A stretch of DNA of 64,000 nucleotides from positions 8,866,001 through 8,930,000 of the forward strand of contig JBHGNT010000008.1 of assembly GCA_043228905.1 (NCBI GenBank). The letters run 5' to 3'. This stretch comes from Azolla caroliniana (taxonomy: Eukaryota; Plantae; Polypodiophyta). The translations under genes were made by a program, and so were the position numbers. Numbering within the stretch: position 1 is the first letter of the stretch; every line of letters begins with the position of its first letter. Of this stretch, positions 50,601 to 62,883 are shown piece after piece. The notes under the pieces are model-generated. The model saw only the letters and a list, made by a program, of their open reading frames with translations. It made no database searches and was not told where the DNA came from.

Positions 50601-52083
50601 AGTGCTCCCGGTCGTAGTTATCCCGCCGATCATGCCGGTCATAGTTATCCCGCCGATCACCGTACCTGACATCATTCTCCTGTCGATCGTCATACTGGAC
50701 ATCCTGTGCTGGTCGGTCGCGGTCCATTCGCCGCCAGCGTTCGTCTTCTTCATCCCGGCTGCTGCATGGCTCAATTTGTCGGACGGGCGGTGCTTGCCGG
50801 TTCAACAGATTATACTCGCACCTATCCGTCGTATGGCTCTTGGATTGACAGATTACGCATTGCTTCCGTATAGTGCATTCTAGAGCCGAGTGTCTGGAAT
50901 TCAAGCAGGTTGTGCACTGTATTGCTTGCCGAAACCGGAGGTCTTCATCGGACGGTAACGCCCGTTGGAGTGCTCCCAGTGTGAGCCAGGAGCTTGTCTT
51001 TTCCATCTCTCTCACCCTGTCAATGACCTGGTCGATGGTACTTGTGCGGAAATCAATTACCGTGCAAACCGTGCGTAGGGGTTCCCGGAGCGCGTTTAGG
51101 AATATAGTCTGTAATTCCTCCTTTGGGGGTGCGCGGGCAAGCTGACTATGCATCCGTTGAAACCGGATGACAAATTGGGGAATGCTCTCCCCTGCCTCCT
51201 GTCGGATGGTATAAAATAAGCCTACCATTATGGTCTGGTCCACCTCTTTTTGAAAAAAATGCAAGAATTTAGCTTTTAAATCTGCAAAGGTGTTGATGGT
51301 AGACGGGTCCTGCGTCCGGCGCCATCTTGCTGCCGGTCCCTCCAATGTGACGCCAAATTCCGCTATCTTAGAGCGTTCTTCTTCCTCCGGGGTCAATCGC
51401 TGGGACACATGGTTGGCTTCCCATGTCTGTTCAAAGGCGTGCACATGAGCTTCCGCGTCCGGATCATCTCTATACTTGGAGTACTGGAACGGCATGTCAT
51501 CTTCCGGTATCGGTGCGCGGGCTGGCAATGTTGGTGCTCGTTCCGAAATTTTCTCCGGTGTCGGTGGTCTTTCTCGATTTGTTTCCGGCGTCGGTGGTTT
51601 TTCATCTTCTTTTGGTGACGGAGGTCTCTCCTCTTCGACTTCCGGTGTCGGAGGTCGCTCTTCTTCTGCTGGTTCCGGGGCTTCCTGCGTTAGCATTTCC
51701 GGTTCCGGTGTCGGTAAGGTATCCGATCCTTCGTCCTCCGGTCCGCCCGGGGTTTCGTTGCTGCTACGGTAGTTCGTGTGCACGCTGTATTCCCCTTCGG
51801 AGTCCGATTCATATGCTGAAAAGGCTTCTGCTTCGCCTTCTCCGTTTGCCAATGCGTGGAGAAGGGATTCGGTTTCCCGTAGGCTGCTTAGGCTGCTGCC
51901 GTCGTCTGGGTGCGATGTTTGCTGTAACCAGAGGGAGTCCTCCGCTACTCTCCGGATTACGTTGGAAAACGAGCGATCTGCTCTAATTTCCTGCGTCGCT
52001 TGCTGGAAAGCCTCGCGTCTCCTTTGCCTTTCGGCAAGGTGTCGAGTTCGATCTGTAACCAGGTCGTGCGTTGATCTAGACAT
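47670..52083 (-). pseudogene. Gypsy H gag-PR-RT-RNase H in a single frame with two stops
   Basis: ORFs 49312-52170, 48079-49305 and 47617-48024 are co-frame. Three CX2CX4HX4C knuckles, protease IDGGSG, RT LDGFSGYNQ/FLDD, RNase H DAS..NYSTTERE..DH. Confidence 0.94.
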
Positions 52084-53820
52084 CCATCCGTGCCGTCGTT
52101 TGCTGCAAAAACAGGAATCGTGGTCGTCAAAAACTGTGTTAACTCTTCGGGCCGGACAATGGCCTAACACAGGGTGTCTATGGAAGACACTTCACCAAAG
52201 GGTGTTACAGCAACCGGATTAGACTCAACGCTTAATCCAACTTAATTAAGTTACTTAGCATGACCGTCTTTCATAATTACACGCGTAAAATATAACAATT
52301 AAGACAGAACGGCAATTAACACAGAAAGATAACTACGTTAAGCTTCTATTAATTAACCGCTATCTATTACATTGTATCCGGTCCTTTAAATAGGTTTCCA
52401 GTCTATATTACAAAACGGTGCCATCCGCACCTGTTCGGGATCGGTTCGGATCCGGAACGGCATACCGATTCCGGTCCGTCTGTCCACACTCATAGCTTAA
52501 TTACAACCACATTCCTACTACTTAAATATCTCTCCGTTTCCCACTCTGGACTCCTTTGCTGGCCGGTAACACTAATAGTCAAGGATCTATACGAGCCCAT
52601 AGACAGAGAAGAAATACCCACATGGGTATTGGAGTCTGAATGGAAAATCCTAAACAAGAAGGCGGTGGCTACCATAAGACAATGTGTAGATGTAAGTGTT
52701 CTACAACATGTTGCTAACGACACGAATGCCTACGAGATGTGGCACAAACTGTCAGGGTTGTACGAGAGGAAGAATGCCCTCAACAAAACCCTTATGATGA
52801 GAAAGATCGTAAGACTGAAGTATAGAGATGGAGACAACATAGTGGTACACATCAACACTTTTGTGGGTCTTGTAAATCAACTTGTAGCAGCCAAGTTTCC
52901 ACTTGATGATGCTATGCAGGCCCTACTATTGCTACGTACCATACCGGATAGCTGGGAGAACCTAGTGGTGACATTCAGTACCTCGTGCCAAGAAGAGAAC
53001 TTGTCCTTACAAGTGGTAAAGATGAGCATACTGAATGAGGAGACAAGAAGAAAGGACAAAGGGGTCATGTCCCAGACCGAGGTGAATATGACACAATATT
53101 CGGGCAGAGGAAGGAGCAAGCAAAGATGTCCACAAAAGAGAGGCAAGTCCCATGCCAGATCCAAGTCTAGAAGAAAACTGACATGTTTCTATTGCGGGAA
53201 ACCTTGACATCTTAAGAGAGACAAAGGCGTCTCAAAAGACGTCGAACCAAGAATGATTTCTTAGGAAAAGGGCACTTCTGATGTGGCTACAAGTGAAGAA
53301 GAACTTTTGTTCATTTGTGAGTAGGAAAGTGCAAATCTTGCGAATGAAGAATGCACCTGGGTGATTGACTCCAATGCATTGTTCCATATAGCTCCCTCGA
53401 GAGAGTGTTTCTCATCTTACACAGTTGGTGATTACGACTATATAAAGATGAGAGATAATGTAGAATGCAAGATAGTTGGCAACGTCGATTGGTTGTTTGA
53501 CAATGTCGATTGGTTGTCTGTTGAAGGATGTTCGACATGTGCCTGATATCAGGCTGAATCTGATATCGATTAGAAGGATGGATGATATCGACATGTGGTA
53601 GTTTTCAAAACGGAAAATATCTAAAGTTTTGTCGGGGAAATCTTATAGTGGCCCGAGCACAAAAATAGGGCACATTGTATGTGATGTATGCTAAGCTGTG
53701 CAAGAATGAAGCAAACATGGCAACCACCTTGAGTGGAGGGATATGGCAACATGAGTGAGAAAGGCATGCATATCCTAGATGACCAGAAACTTCTTCTAGA
53801 AGCGAAAGGATTACACTTGG

Positions 53821-55430
53821 CCCACCGAGCTTGTCGTCTATTTCTGGAAGTAGGCAAGATTCTTGTCATCATTGAATACAGTGACTTGATGAGGAGATCC
53901 TTCTAAAAAATGCCTCCATTGTGCAAAAGAGTCCACTATTTCTAATAGCTCCTTGTCATGTATCTCGTAGTTGATTTCAGTGGCATCAACTTTGCGTGAG
54001 TGGAAAGCCATGGGATGTAGCTTCTCATCGTCGCCTTGTTGTGACAAAATACTACTGAGGGCGAAATCTGACGCGTTTGCCTCAATGATAAATGGGTTAT
54101 GCAGATCAACATGAGCTAGAACATGAGCTGATGTAAATGCTTTCTTAAGACCCTCAAAAGTTGTGTCCGCTTCGTTAGTCCAAACAAACGATTGCCCCTT
54201 CTTTGTAAGCTATGTGAGAGGCAAAATAAGCTTTGAGTAGTCTTGTATAAACTTGCGATAGAAATTTGCGAATCCTAAAAAGCATTGCACATGTCGCAAC
54301 AAACGTGGAGTTTGCCACTCTAACATAGTTTGGACTTTAGCTGGATCCATAGAGATGCCTTCCGAGGAGATGACATAGCCTAGAAATTCCACTTGGTTAC
54401 AGTCAAACCTACACTTTTCCAACTTTGCATAAAGACCATGTTCTCGTAGTCCTCTTAGTACTAATAGTACATGAGAATCATGCTCCTCTTGTGTCTTTGA
54501 ATAAACTAATAGATCATCAAAGTAGATAATCAAATAGATGTCCAAAAGATCTCAGAATATATCATTTGCCATGTGTTGGAAGATTGCTAGTGCATTGGTG
54601 AGGCCGAATGGCATAACCATATATTCGAAGTGCCCATATCGGGTGTGCGAAAAGCTATCTTCCATGTGTCTCTCGGTCGAATCCGTACGAGGTTATATGC
54701 TCCTCATAAGTCGATATTTGTGAAAAAACTTTGCACTATTAATCCTCTCTAAAATGTTGGGAGACAGGTCCCTCCGGATGGGAAGGGAGAAGAACAGTGC
54801 CGAAACGGTATGAGGAGTACCGGGCTACGGAGAGCCGGATGATACAGGCCCGGTGTGAACCGGATGAGGAGTACCCGGCTACGGAGAGCCGGATGGTGCA
54901 GAACTGGAGGAAGAGACATATTCGTAAATATGTTTCTGAGAGCCCATCGAGGCTATATTTGTAAATAGCCGAAAAGTCATATTAGTATAAATATGACTTA
55001 GGGCAAACTTTTAGAGGTTGTTGTCATTTTTCTGTTCTGCACGAAATTAGAGTGCGTAACTGTACACAGAGAGAGAGAGAGAGAGAGATCGAGGTCGTTG
55101 CCTCTGTTGTAACCGCCGCCTGTGGCGAAGATCGTGAGCACGAGGTCGTTGCCTCCGTGGACTCACTGTTTTGTACATTCTTACATAGTGACAGTTTGCA
55201 GCCTGTGGACTGCCGTGGTTTTTCCCCCTAGTTTGGGGTTTTTTCCACGTAAACCTCCTGTGTAGTGTGTGTGTATCTTCCTCTCCTTTGTGTCGTGTTC
55301 TATTTCCCGTTTTCTGTGTGTCAATCTAAGCTCGGTTGTGGCCGAGCGTTGTGCATAAGGAACGTTGGAGTTCCCGTCATAAAAGACTCGAGATCAGGGA
55401 AAGTGCATACCTATTGTTGATGGTGACCTT
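53821..55430 (-). pseudogene. Chromovirus-type Gypsy RT/RNase H fragment, interrupted by a solo LTR
   Basis: ORFs 54210-54545 (YFDDLLVYS, FLGFANFYRKFI) and 53838-54047 (NYEIHDKELL). RT continues at 55385-55430. Confidence 0.85.
54755..55379 (+). mobile_element. Solo Copia LTR (D-type)
   Basis: TGTTGGG...CCCGTCA, very similar to 47005-47669. TSD TAAAA at 54750-54754 and 55380-55384. No PBS or PPT adjacent. Confidence 0.95.
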
Positions 55431-56051
55431 TGTAAAAGTTAGTTAGTGGAAGCTTGCCAAAACCGGTTTAGCCGGGCAGCAACAGAGAATAGAAAACACA
55501 GAGGCCCACCAGTTACAATGCGATCCGGGCTCTGGCTTATTCAGCCAATCCAGATTCGGTTGAAGCTTGCTCGCTCAACACTCCACCTCAAGCTCAACTT
55601 AAGGTCGGATCATGGTGTCAGTGTTTGCGTTAGCTGGTCCTTACCTTTGGCTCCTTCTGACATCCTCCCGCCTTGCTCGCGCTCGGCTTGTTTGTTCAGC
55701 AGGCCCATCTCAGCTCCTCCGCTGACTTTTCGTCCGCTTGGCCTTTAGTTGATTCGGCTCTTCTGAATATTGTTGAACCAAATCAGCTTCCTCCGATTCG
55801 TTCCACCTCTTGTCCGAGTTGGTAGTCTCCAACTCGTCTTCCATTTTTAGGCCCTTCTATTGAACCACATCAGACCACGTCCGAGTCTTGGCCTTTTTCC
55901 GGTCGGCTATGTCCTTCTTGATTCTGCCACTATCATGATATGACAAGACTCAAACCCATGACCTTATGTTACACGGGTCGAGCTCTTGACCATTAGACTA
56001 TATGTTGTAATATGAAAGATATTATTTTCATTTAAGGTTTACTATAGAAAA

Positions 56052-56335
56052 TGACGGGAACCCAACGTCCCTTATGCACAAAGCTCGGCCACAACCGAGA
56101 TTCTTTTCATACACAGAAAACAGGAAACGAAATGCACGCGACACAAAGGAGAGAAAAAAAGGGTTCACAGAATGTTTACGTGGAAAACCCCAAACTAGGG
56201 GAAAAAACCACGACAGCCCACAGGTTGCAAACTGTCACTATGTAGGAATATACAACAGTGAGTTCACTGAGGCACCGACCTCGTGCTCACAAATCTTCGC
56301 CACAGGTGGCGGTTAAAACAGAGGCAACGACCTCG

Positions 56336-56367
<32 letters not shown>

Positions 56368-59300
56368 CAGTTACGCACTCTCTCTTCTTCTTGCACCAAC
56401 AAGGAAGAATAACAACTACAATAACAACAGTTTGCCCTAAGTCATATTTATACTAATATGACTTTTTGGCTATTTACAAATGTAGCCTCGATAGGCTCTC
56501 AGAAACATATTTACGAATATGTCTCCTCATCCGGTTCATACCGGGCTTGCACCATCCGGCTCTCCGTAGTCGGGTACTCCTCATCCGGTTCATACCGGGT
56601 AAGCACCATCCGGCTCTCCGTAGCCGGGTACTCCTCATCCGGTTCATACCGGGCCTGCACCATCCGGCTCTCCGTAGCCGGGTACTCCTCATCCGGTTCA
56701 TACCGGGCCTGCACCATCCGGCTCTCCGTAGCCGGGTACTCCTCATCCGGTCTTCACCGGGTTTGTTCATCGTCACTGATCTTCTTCCTTCCCATCCGGA
56801 GGGACCTGTTTCCCAACAAACTCCCCCTTCACTCCGGCATGGGGTGTCTTACCAGCCCGATCCTCTTCCGGCATGCGTCCAGCTTGTCGGGTGTCATCAC
56901 TTTGGTCAGCATATCTGACCCGTTCTCGGCCGTGTGGATCTTCGTTAGTGCGAACTCCTGGTCATCTACTCTTTCCCGGATCCAGTGATACCTCCGCTGG
57001 ATATGCTTCGTCCGGGAATGGTAGGCCGCATTCTTAGCAAGGTGGATGGCACTTTGACTGTCGCAGTAGAGTCGGTATTCCTCTTGCCGGATACCGAGCT
57101 CTTCGATGAAGTCCTTCATCCATAATATTTCCTTGCCGGCTTCCACAGCCGCCATGTACTCCGCTTCTGTGGTTGACAATGCAATCGTCTTCTGCAACTC
57201 AGAGTTCATTATCTTCTTCTCCGACTCCCAGTCAGTGAGCGTCTTGTCCTCCATGAAGATAGTATCTCGACTCCGGAATACCTTCTTGTCGACTGGGTCC
57301 CACACTCGGTAGCCGAACTCATTGTCACCGTAACCGAGGAATATGCATGGCCGGGTCTTTGGATCTAACTTTCCTCTCCGGTCCTTTGCTACATGCACAT
57401 ACGCGAGACACCCGAACACCTTCAGATGCCGGTAGGATACTTCCTTACCGGTCCACACTCTCTGTGGCGTGTCTCCGTCCAAGGGTACTGAGGGTGATCT
57501 ATTTATCACGTATGTCGCCGTCGACAGTGCCTCAGCCCAAAACTTCTTGGGTAGTTTTGCATGTGCTAGCATACTCCGGACCCTCTCCATTATGGTCTGG
57601 TTCCTCCTCTCGGCCAGTCCGTTTAGTTCCGGCGTCTTTGGCAGGGTAAATTCGAGCCGGATTCCCTTCGAGCGGCAGTACTCCTCGAACTGCCCCCGGT
57701 ACTCTCCTCCGTTATCTGCTCGAACCGCCTTCAGCTTCCGACCGGTTTTTCTTTCCACTCTCGCGTGGAGCTCTTTGAAGACGGATAACACCTGATCCTT
57801 CTCTTCAACGGTGTGGCCCACAGCTTCCGGCTGTGGTCATCTATGAACGTCACGAAGTACTGCGCTCCGGCATGTGACTTCGTGTCTACCTGACACACAT
57901 CCGTATGCACCAACTCCAGTGGTGCATTACGTCTCATCGGTGGCCTTGGTCGGAAGGAGGTCCGGTTCTGCTTACCGGCCAGACAATCAGTGCACTTCTC
58001 TAAGTGCACGTTCTTCACTGGAATGAGGTTGTCGTCTGCAAGCCTCTTCATCCCCTTCTCGCTCATATGACACAGCCTCTTGTGCCACAGCTCACCGGCA
58101 GTGTCGGATGCCACGTTCACTTCTTCCGGGCATAACCGGGCATTCATCAGGTACAGTGTGTTGACCTTCCGGGCCCGAGCCACAATCAGGCTCCCTTTGC
58201 TAAACTTCATGACACCTTTCCGGATGCTACCCGTGTAGCCTTCATCATCTAGCCGACCGGCTGATATCAGGTTCAGAGGGAACTTCCAGAACGTGTCGTA
58301 CATCCTTCAGCAGCAACTTGCATCCGGTTGGTGTTGACAGCCACACATCTCCTATGCCGACAATTCGGCATGTACCTTCGTTCCCCATCCGGACACAGCC
58401 GTGATCACCGGCTGAGTAGGATGAGAAGCATTTCCGGTCTGGGGTAAGGTGGAACGATGCTCCGGAGTCTACCACCCAGGTCATCTCGTCGCCGGCAAGG
58501 TTTATCTCACACTCCTCGATGATGAGCATCAACTCTTCTTCACTTGCCGCGATTGCCGTCATTCCCCCTTCGGTCTTTACCGTTCCCCCTTTGGTCTTCC
58601 GGTCCGGCCCCCTTCGGTCTTTACCGTTCCGGTCCGGGGTTTGCTTCGAATCGGTACCGTCGATTTCCTTGTCTTTACGGAAATGCCGACAATTCTTTTG
58701 GAAGTGTCCCGGCTTGCTGCAATAGAAGCAAGTAGGCCTCCCCCTTGACTTTGACCGTGTCCCCGACTTCTCCCGGTTCTGGGGACTACGGTTTCTATGT
58801 CTTCCGCGTTCCGATTCGGTAAGAAGCGCTTTGGAGTCGGAGCTCGTATCTTTGTCTTTCCGACGCGCCTCCTCATCTAGCAAGCTCGACTTTACTCTTG
58901 CTAGGGATAACCGCTTTCCTTCCGGCCCGGCGTTGCCCAAAGTGACAACCAACGTCTCCCAGCTATCCGGGAGGGAACCGAGCAGGAGTAGCGCAAGTAC
59001 CTCATCGGCGAGAGGTACTTCCAATGAAGTTGCCTGGTGGATCAGCCCCTGGAAGGCATTCATGTGCTCCGCCATGCTGGAGCCATCTTGGTACCGGAGT
59101 CTTACTAGCTTCTGGAATACCGAAACCTGATTAACAACATTTTTGTTTTGAAACATTATGCCGATCTTCTCCCAGAGCTCATGAGCCTTGCTCTCTTCAT
59201 TGAAGTTGTTGTACAGGCTCATGTCGATGAAGCACCGTATGTACGCCGTTGTCTTCATGTGCATCACCTCCCATATCGCGGCGTCGATTTTGTCCGGTCT

Positions 59301-60100
59301 CTTGTCCCCAAACTGAACCGGCAGCCAGAGGTCTTTAACAACGAGCATGTTCCTCATCTTCGACTTCCATACTGAATAGTTGGAGCCGGTCAGCTTGAAC
59401 ATGCCGCCAAATGATTCGTCCATTTTCTATGTCGATTTCGCTCTGATACCACTTGACGGGAACCCAACGTCCCTTATGCACAAAGCTTGGCCGCAACCGA
59501 GATTCTTTTCATACACAAAAAACAGGAAACGAAATGCACGCGACACAAAGGAGAGAAAAAAAGGGTACACAGAATGTTTACGTGGAAAACCCCAAACTAG
59601 GGGAAAAAACCACGGCAGCCCACAGGCTGCAAACTGTCACTATGTAGGAATATACAACAGTGAGTTCACTGAGGCACCGACCTCGTGCTCACAAATCTTC
59701 GCCACAGGCGGCAGTTACAACAGAGGCAACGACCTCGTCTCTCTCTCTCTCTCTGTACAGTTACGCACTCTCTCTTCTTCTTGCACCAACAAGGAAGAAT
59801 GACAACTACAATAACAACAGTTTTCCCTAAGTCATATTTATACTAATATGACTTTTCGGCTATTTACAAATGTAGCCTCGATAGGCTCTCAGAAACATAT
59901 TTACGAATATGTCTCCTCATCCGGTTCATACCGGGCGTGCACCATCCGGCTCTCCGTAGCCGGGTACTCCTCATCCGGTTCATACTGGGCCTGCACCATC
60001 CGGCTCTCCGTAGCCGGGTACTCCTCATCTGGTCTTCACCGGGTTTGTTCATCGTCACTGATCTTCTTCCTTCCCATCCGGAGGGACCTGTTTCCCAACA
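56052..60100 (-). mobile_element. Copia element with RT deleted (LTRs 56052-56818 and 59454-60100)
   Basis: TSD GAAAA at 56047-56051 and 60101-60105. PBS complement GCTCTGATACCA at 59440-59451. PPT complement after 56818. ORFs 58245-59423, 57731-58303 and 56829-57821 (IN fused to RNase H). Confidence 0.96.
56523..56750 (+). repeat. 54-bp minisatellite (4+ copies) in LTR U3
   Basis: CTCCTCATCCGGTTCATACCGGGCCTGCACCATCCGGCTCTCCGTAGCCGGGTA at 56523, 56577, 56631 and 56685. Confidence 0.95.
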
Positions 60101-60533
60101 GAAAATTGATGTATATTCCAGATTTCTCTGGAACATTCTAGAAACTTCAGGAGTACTCCAAAGAACACTATAAAAGGAGGCACAAGGCATTATTTCGAAC
60201 CAAATCGGTTCAATGCCAATCTTAAGCTTCCTAGCTACTATTGTATATCTCTTAACATAATATATAACTTTTGTTATCATCATTTTCTCTCTCTATCTCT
60301 CTCTCACTCACTCACTCACTCACTCTTTCCTTCTCTCGAGAGTTCTACACCTCCCTTAGTACTAATCCTCATCTTTTAGTACTAATTCCTTCTCTGTCTT
60401 AGTACTGTTCCTTACAGTCGCCGCTGTCGCTTGCTCTTACTTGTTCGGATATGCCGACTCCTTAATCAGGTACGATTATTCATTCAAATGCATCCTTCCC
60501 GATATCCCACCAATGCATCACGAGTGGGTTAGG

Positions 60534-62845
60534 TCATGTTGATCCGGAAAAACCATTCATCATCGAAGCAGACACGTCGGATTTCGCGTTGGGTAGCATT
60601 CTGTCACAACAAGGCGATGATGAAAAGCTACATCCTGTGGCTTTCTACTCACGCAAGTTTGACGCCGCCGAAATCAACTATGAAATTCATGATAAGGAGC
60701 TATTAGCAATAGTGGACTCTTTTACGCAATGGAGGCATTTTCTAGAGGGATCTTCTCATCAAGTCACCATATTCAGTGATCACAAAAACCGTTCCTACTT
60801 TCAGAATGCTCGTGTGTTAAATCAACGTCAAGCTCGGTGGGCCCAATTCCTCACTTGTTTCGACTTCAAAATTACATATCGTCCGGGGAAGCAACAAGGG
60901 AAGGCAGACGCATTATCACGGCCCTCGTATCTAGCACTGCGTCCTGGCGAGCCAGCTTTCGATAACCAAAAGAAAGTAATCCTGGGACCGGCACGATTGC
61001 AAGCAACGCAGGTCTTCGGTATACCCTTGGATTCCCACGTTATCAATACCAAACGTGAGGACTTGAAGACAGATGGTTTCGCCCAAGCCATTCTTTCACT
61101 AATTGATCCCTCTCGAGCATCTTGTTCACAGTCGCAACAATAAGGTATGGACTATCGACAATTCGAATGTCATGATGGATTACTATTCTTTAAGAAACTC
61201 TTGTATGTTCCTAATGGTTCTTGTCGCCTTCGAGTAGTTCAAAATTGTCATGACACATATACAGCTGGGCATTTTGGTAGTACTAAAACATTAGATTTAG
61301 TACAACGATCATTCTGATGGCCCCATATGTGACAATTTGTCGAAGATTTTGTTCGGACTTGTGATGCATGTTGTAGAGCAAAAATGCCAAGGCATCATCC
61401 ATATGGTTTATTAGAACCATTACCAATTCCAAGCAAGCCGTGGCAATCTATTGCTCTAGATTTCATCACAGATCTTCCGGTCTCTAAGGGATTCGTTGTG
61501 ATCTTAATAGTAACTATAGATCAATATATGAAGATGGCCCATTTCCTGCCATGTACTAAGGAAATCTCCAGTGAGGAAACCGCCGAAACTATCATGCGTG
61601 AAGTATGTTGGCATCATGGCCTTCCCGATAGTATCATCAGCGACCGTGGACCCTAGTTCGTCTCGAAATTTTGGAAGCACCTCTTTAAAATGCTCAAGGT
61701 CACTTGTAACCTCTCTTTCGGCTGCCACCCGCAAACAGACGGGAAAGCAGAACGAACAAATCAAACGCTGGAGTAGTATCTTCGATGCTTTCTAAGCTAT
61801 CATCAAGATGACTGGGTGGATATTCTCCACTTTGCCGAATTTGCGTTTAATAACTCTGTACACTCATCGACAAAGGTTACACCATTTTATGCTTATACGG
61901 GTTGTCACCCCCAGTGGTGTGTATTTGAAACCCCAGAGTTGCCCACAAATCCTTGTGTAGAGGATCGTTTGGAGCGGTTACGCAAGATACAAGCGGATTT
62001 ATATGCTCATCTACAACAAGCTCAACAAACACACAAGGTTTATGTGGATCGTCATCGGCTTCCATCCAGTTTTAACATTGGAGATCGGGTATGGTTACTA
62101 CAACGACGCATCAAGACTACTCGCCCATGTGAGAAGTTGGATTATCAGCGATTAGGTCCTTTCCGTATTATCGGAAAAATTAATGATGTCGCTTTTCGCC
62201 TCGATCTACCTCCACAACTTTAGATACATCTGGTGTTTCATAGTTCTCTCCTCGAACCCTATCATGATAGCACCATCCCAGGTCGTATTAAAAAACCTCC
62301 ACCCCCGATCGAACTTCAAGATGGACCTGAGTACGAGGTTGTCGCCAACCTTGATTCCAAGATTGTTCGCAACAAGCTCTACTATTTAATCGATTGGCTA
62401 GGATATAGACCCAACGAGCGTACTTGGGAACCAATAGAGAATGTGACCAATGCTCATACTCTTCTTGAAGACTTCCATCATCAATATCCAGACAAACCGG
62501 GTCCTCAATCCAAAACGACTTCTGACACTCGTCGTTTTAAAGGGAAGATACTGTCATGATATGACAAGACTCGAACCCATGACCTTATGTTACATGGGTC
62601 AAGCTCTTGACCATTAGACTATATGTTGTAATACGAAGGATATTATTTTCATACTTTAGAAAATTGATGTATATTCCAGATTTCTCTGGAACATTCTAGA
62701 AACTTTAGGAGTACTCCAGAGAACACTATAAAAGGAGGCACATGGCATTATTTCGAACCAAATCGGTTCAACGCCAGTCTTAAGCCTCTTTCGAGCTACT
62801 ATTATATATTCTCTTAACATAATATATATCTATGGTTATCATCAT

Positions 62846-62883
<38 letters not shown>

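Larger units (their letters stand above)
38618..52571 (-). mobile_element. Non-chromovirus Ty3/Gypsy element H with both LTRs (38618-39052, 52137-52571) and an extra 3' ORF
   Basis: 435-bp LTRs TGTTAAC...GGTAACA, about 17 substitutions by eye. TSD CTAAT at 38613-38617 and 52572-52576. gag-PR-RT-RH-IN order on the minus strand, no chromodomain. Minus-strand CTATTTAAAG TATA-like motif in the LTR. Confidence 0.96.
32886..53820 (+). mobile_element. Copia element F (5' LTR 32886-33231 + 38149-38510, PBS, gag-PR remnant), host of E and H; 3' part lost
   Basis: TGTTAGG at 32886, LTR end ...GCTACA at 38510, PBS TGGTATCAGA at 38514, ATG 38539. gag EDLLI|VKDLY is split by H and resumes at 52577 (ORF 52629-53207). 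Truncated at GLHL near 53820. Confidence 0.88.
55931..60416 (+). repeat. Chromovirus LTR (55931-56051 + 60106-60416) split by a Copia insertion
   Basis: T(A)TCATGATATGACAAG...GTTCCTTACA matches LTR 62552-62979. Flanks GCCAC / GTCGC fit a deaminated GCCGC TSD. Confidence 0.85.

Noticed and set aside
38618-52571. H as a plus-strand element with an inverted interior
   Set aside because: The LTR TATA-like motif, gag start and a second PBS agree with minus-strand sense, and there is no PPT on the plus strand before the right LTR either.
56523-56750. Regular repeats resembling a CRISPR array or a repeat protein (ESRMVQARYEPDEEYPAT)
   Set aside because: Head-to-tail 54-bp units with no unique spacers, inside an LTR. 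The ORFs arise because 54 is divisible by 3.
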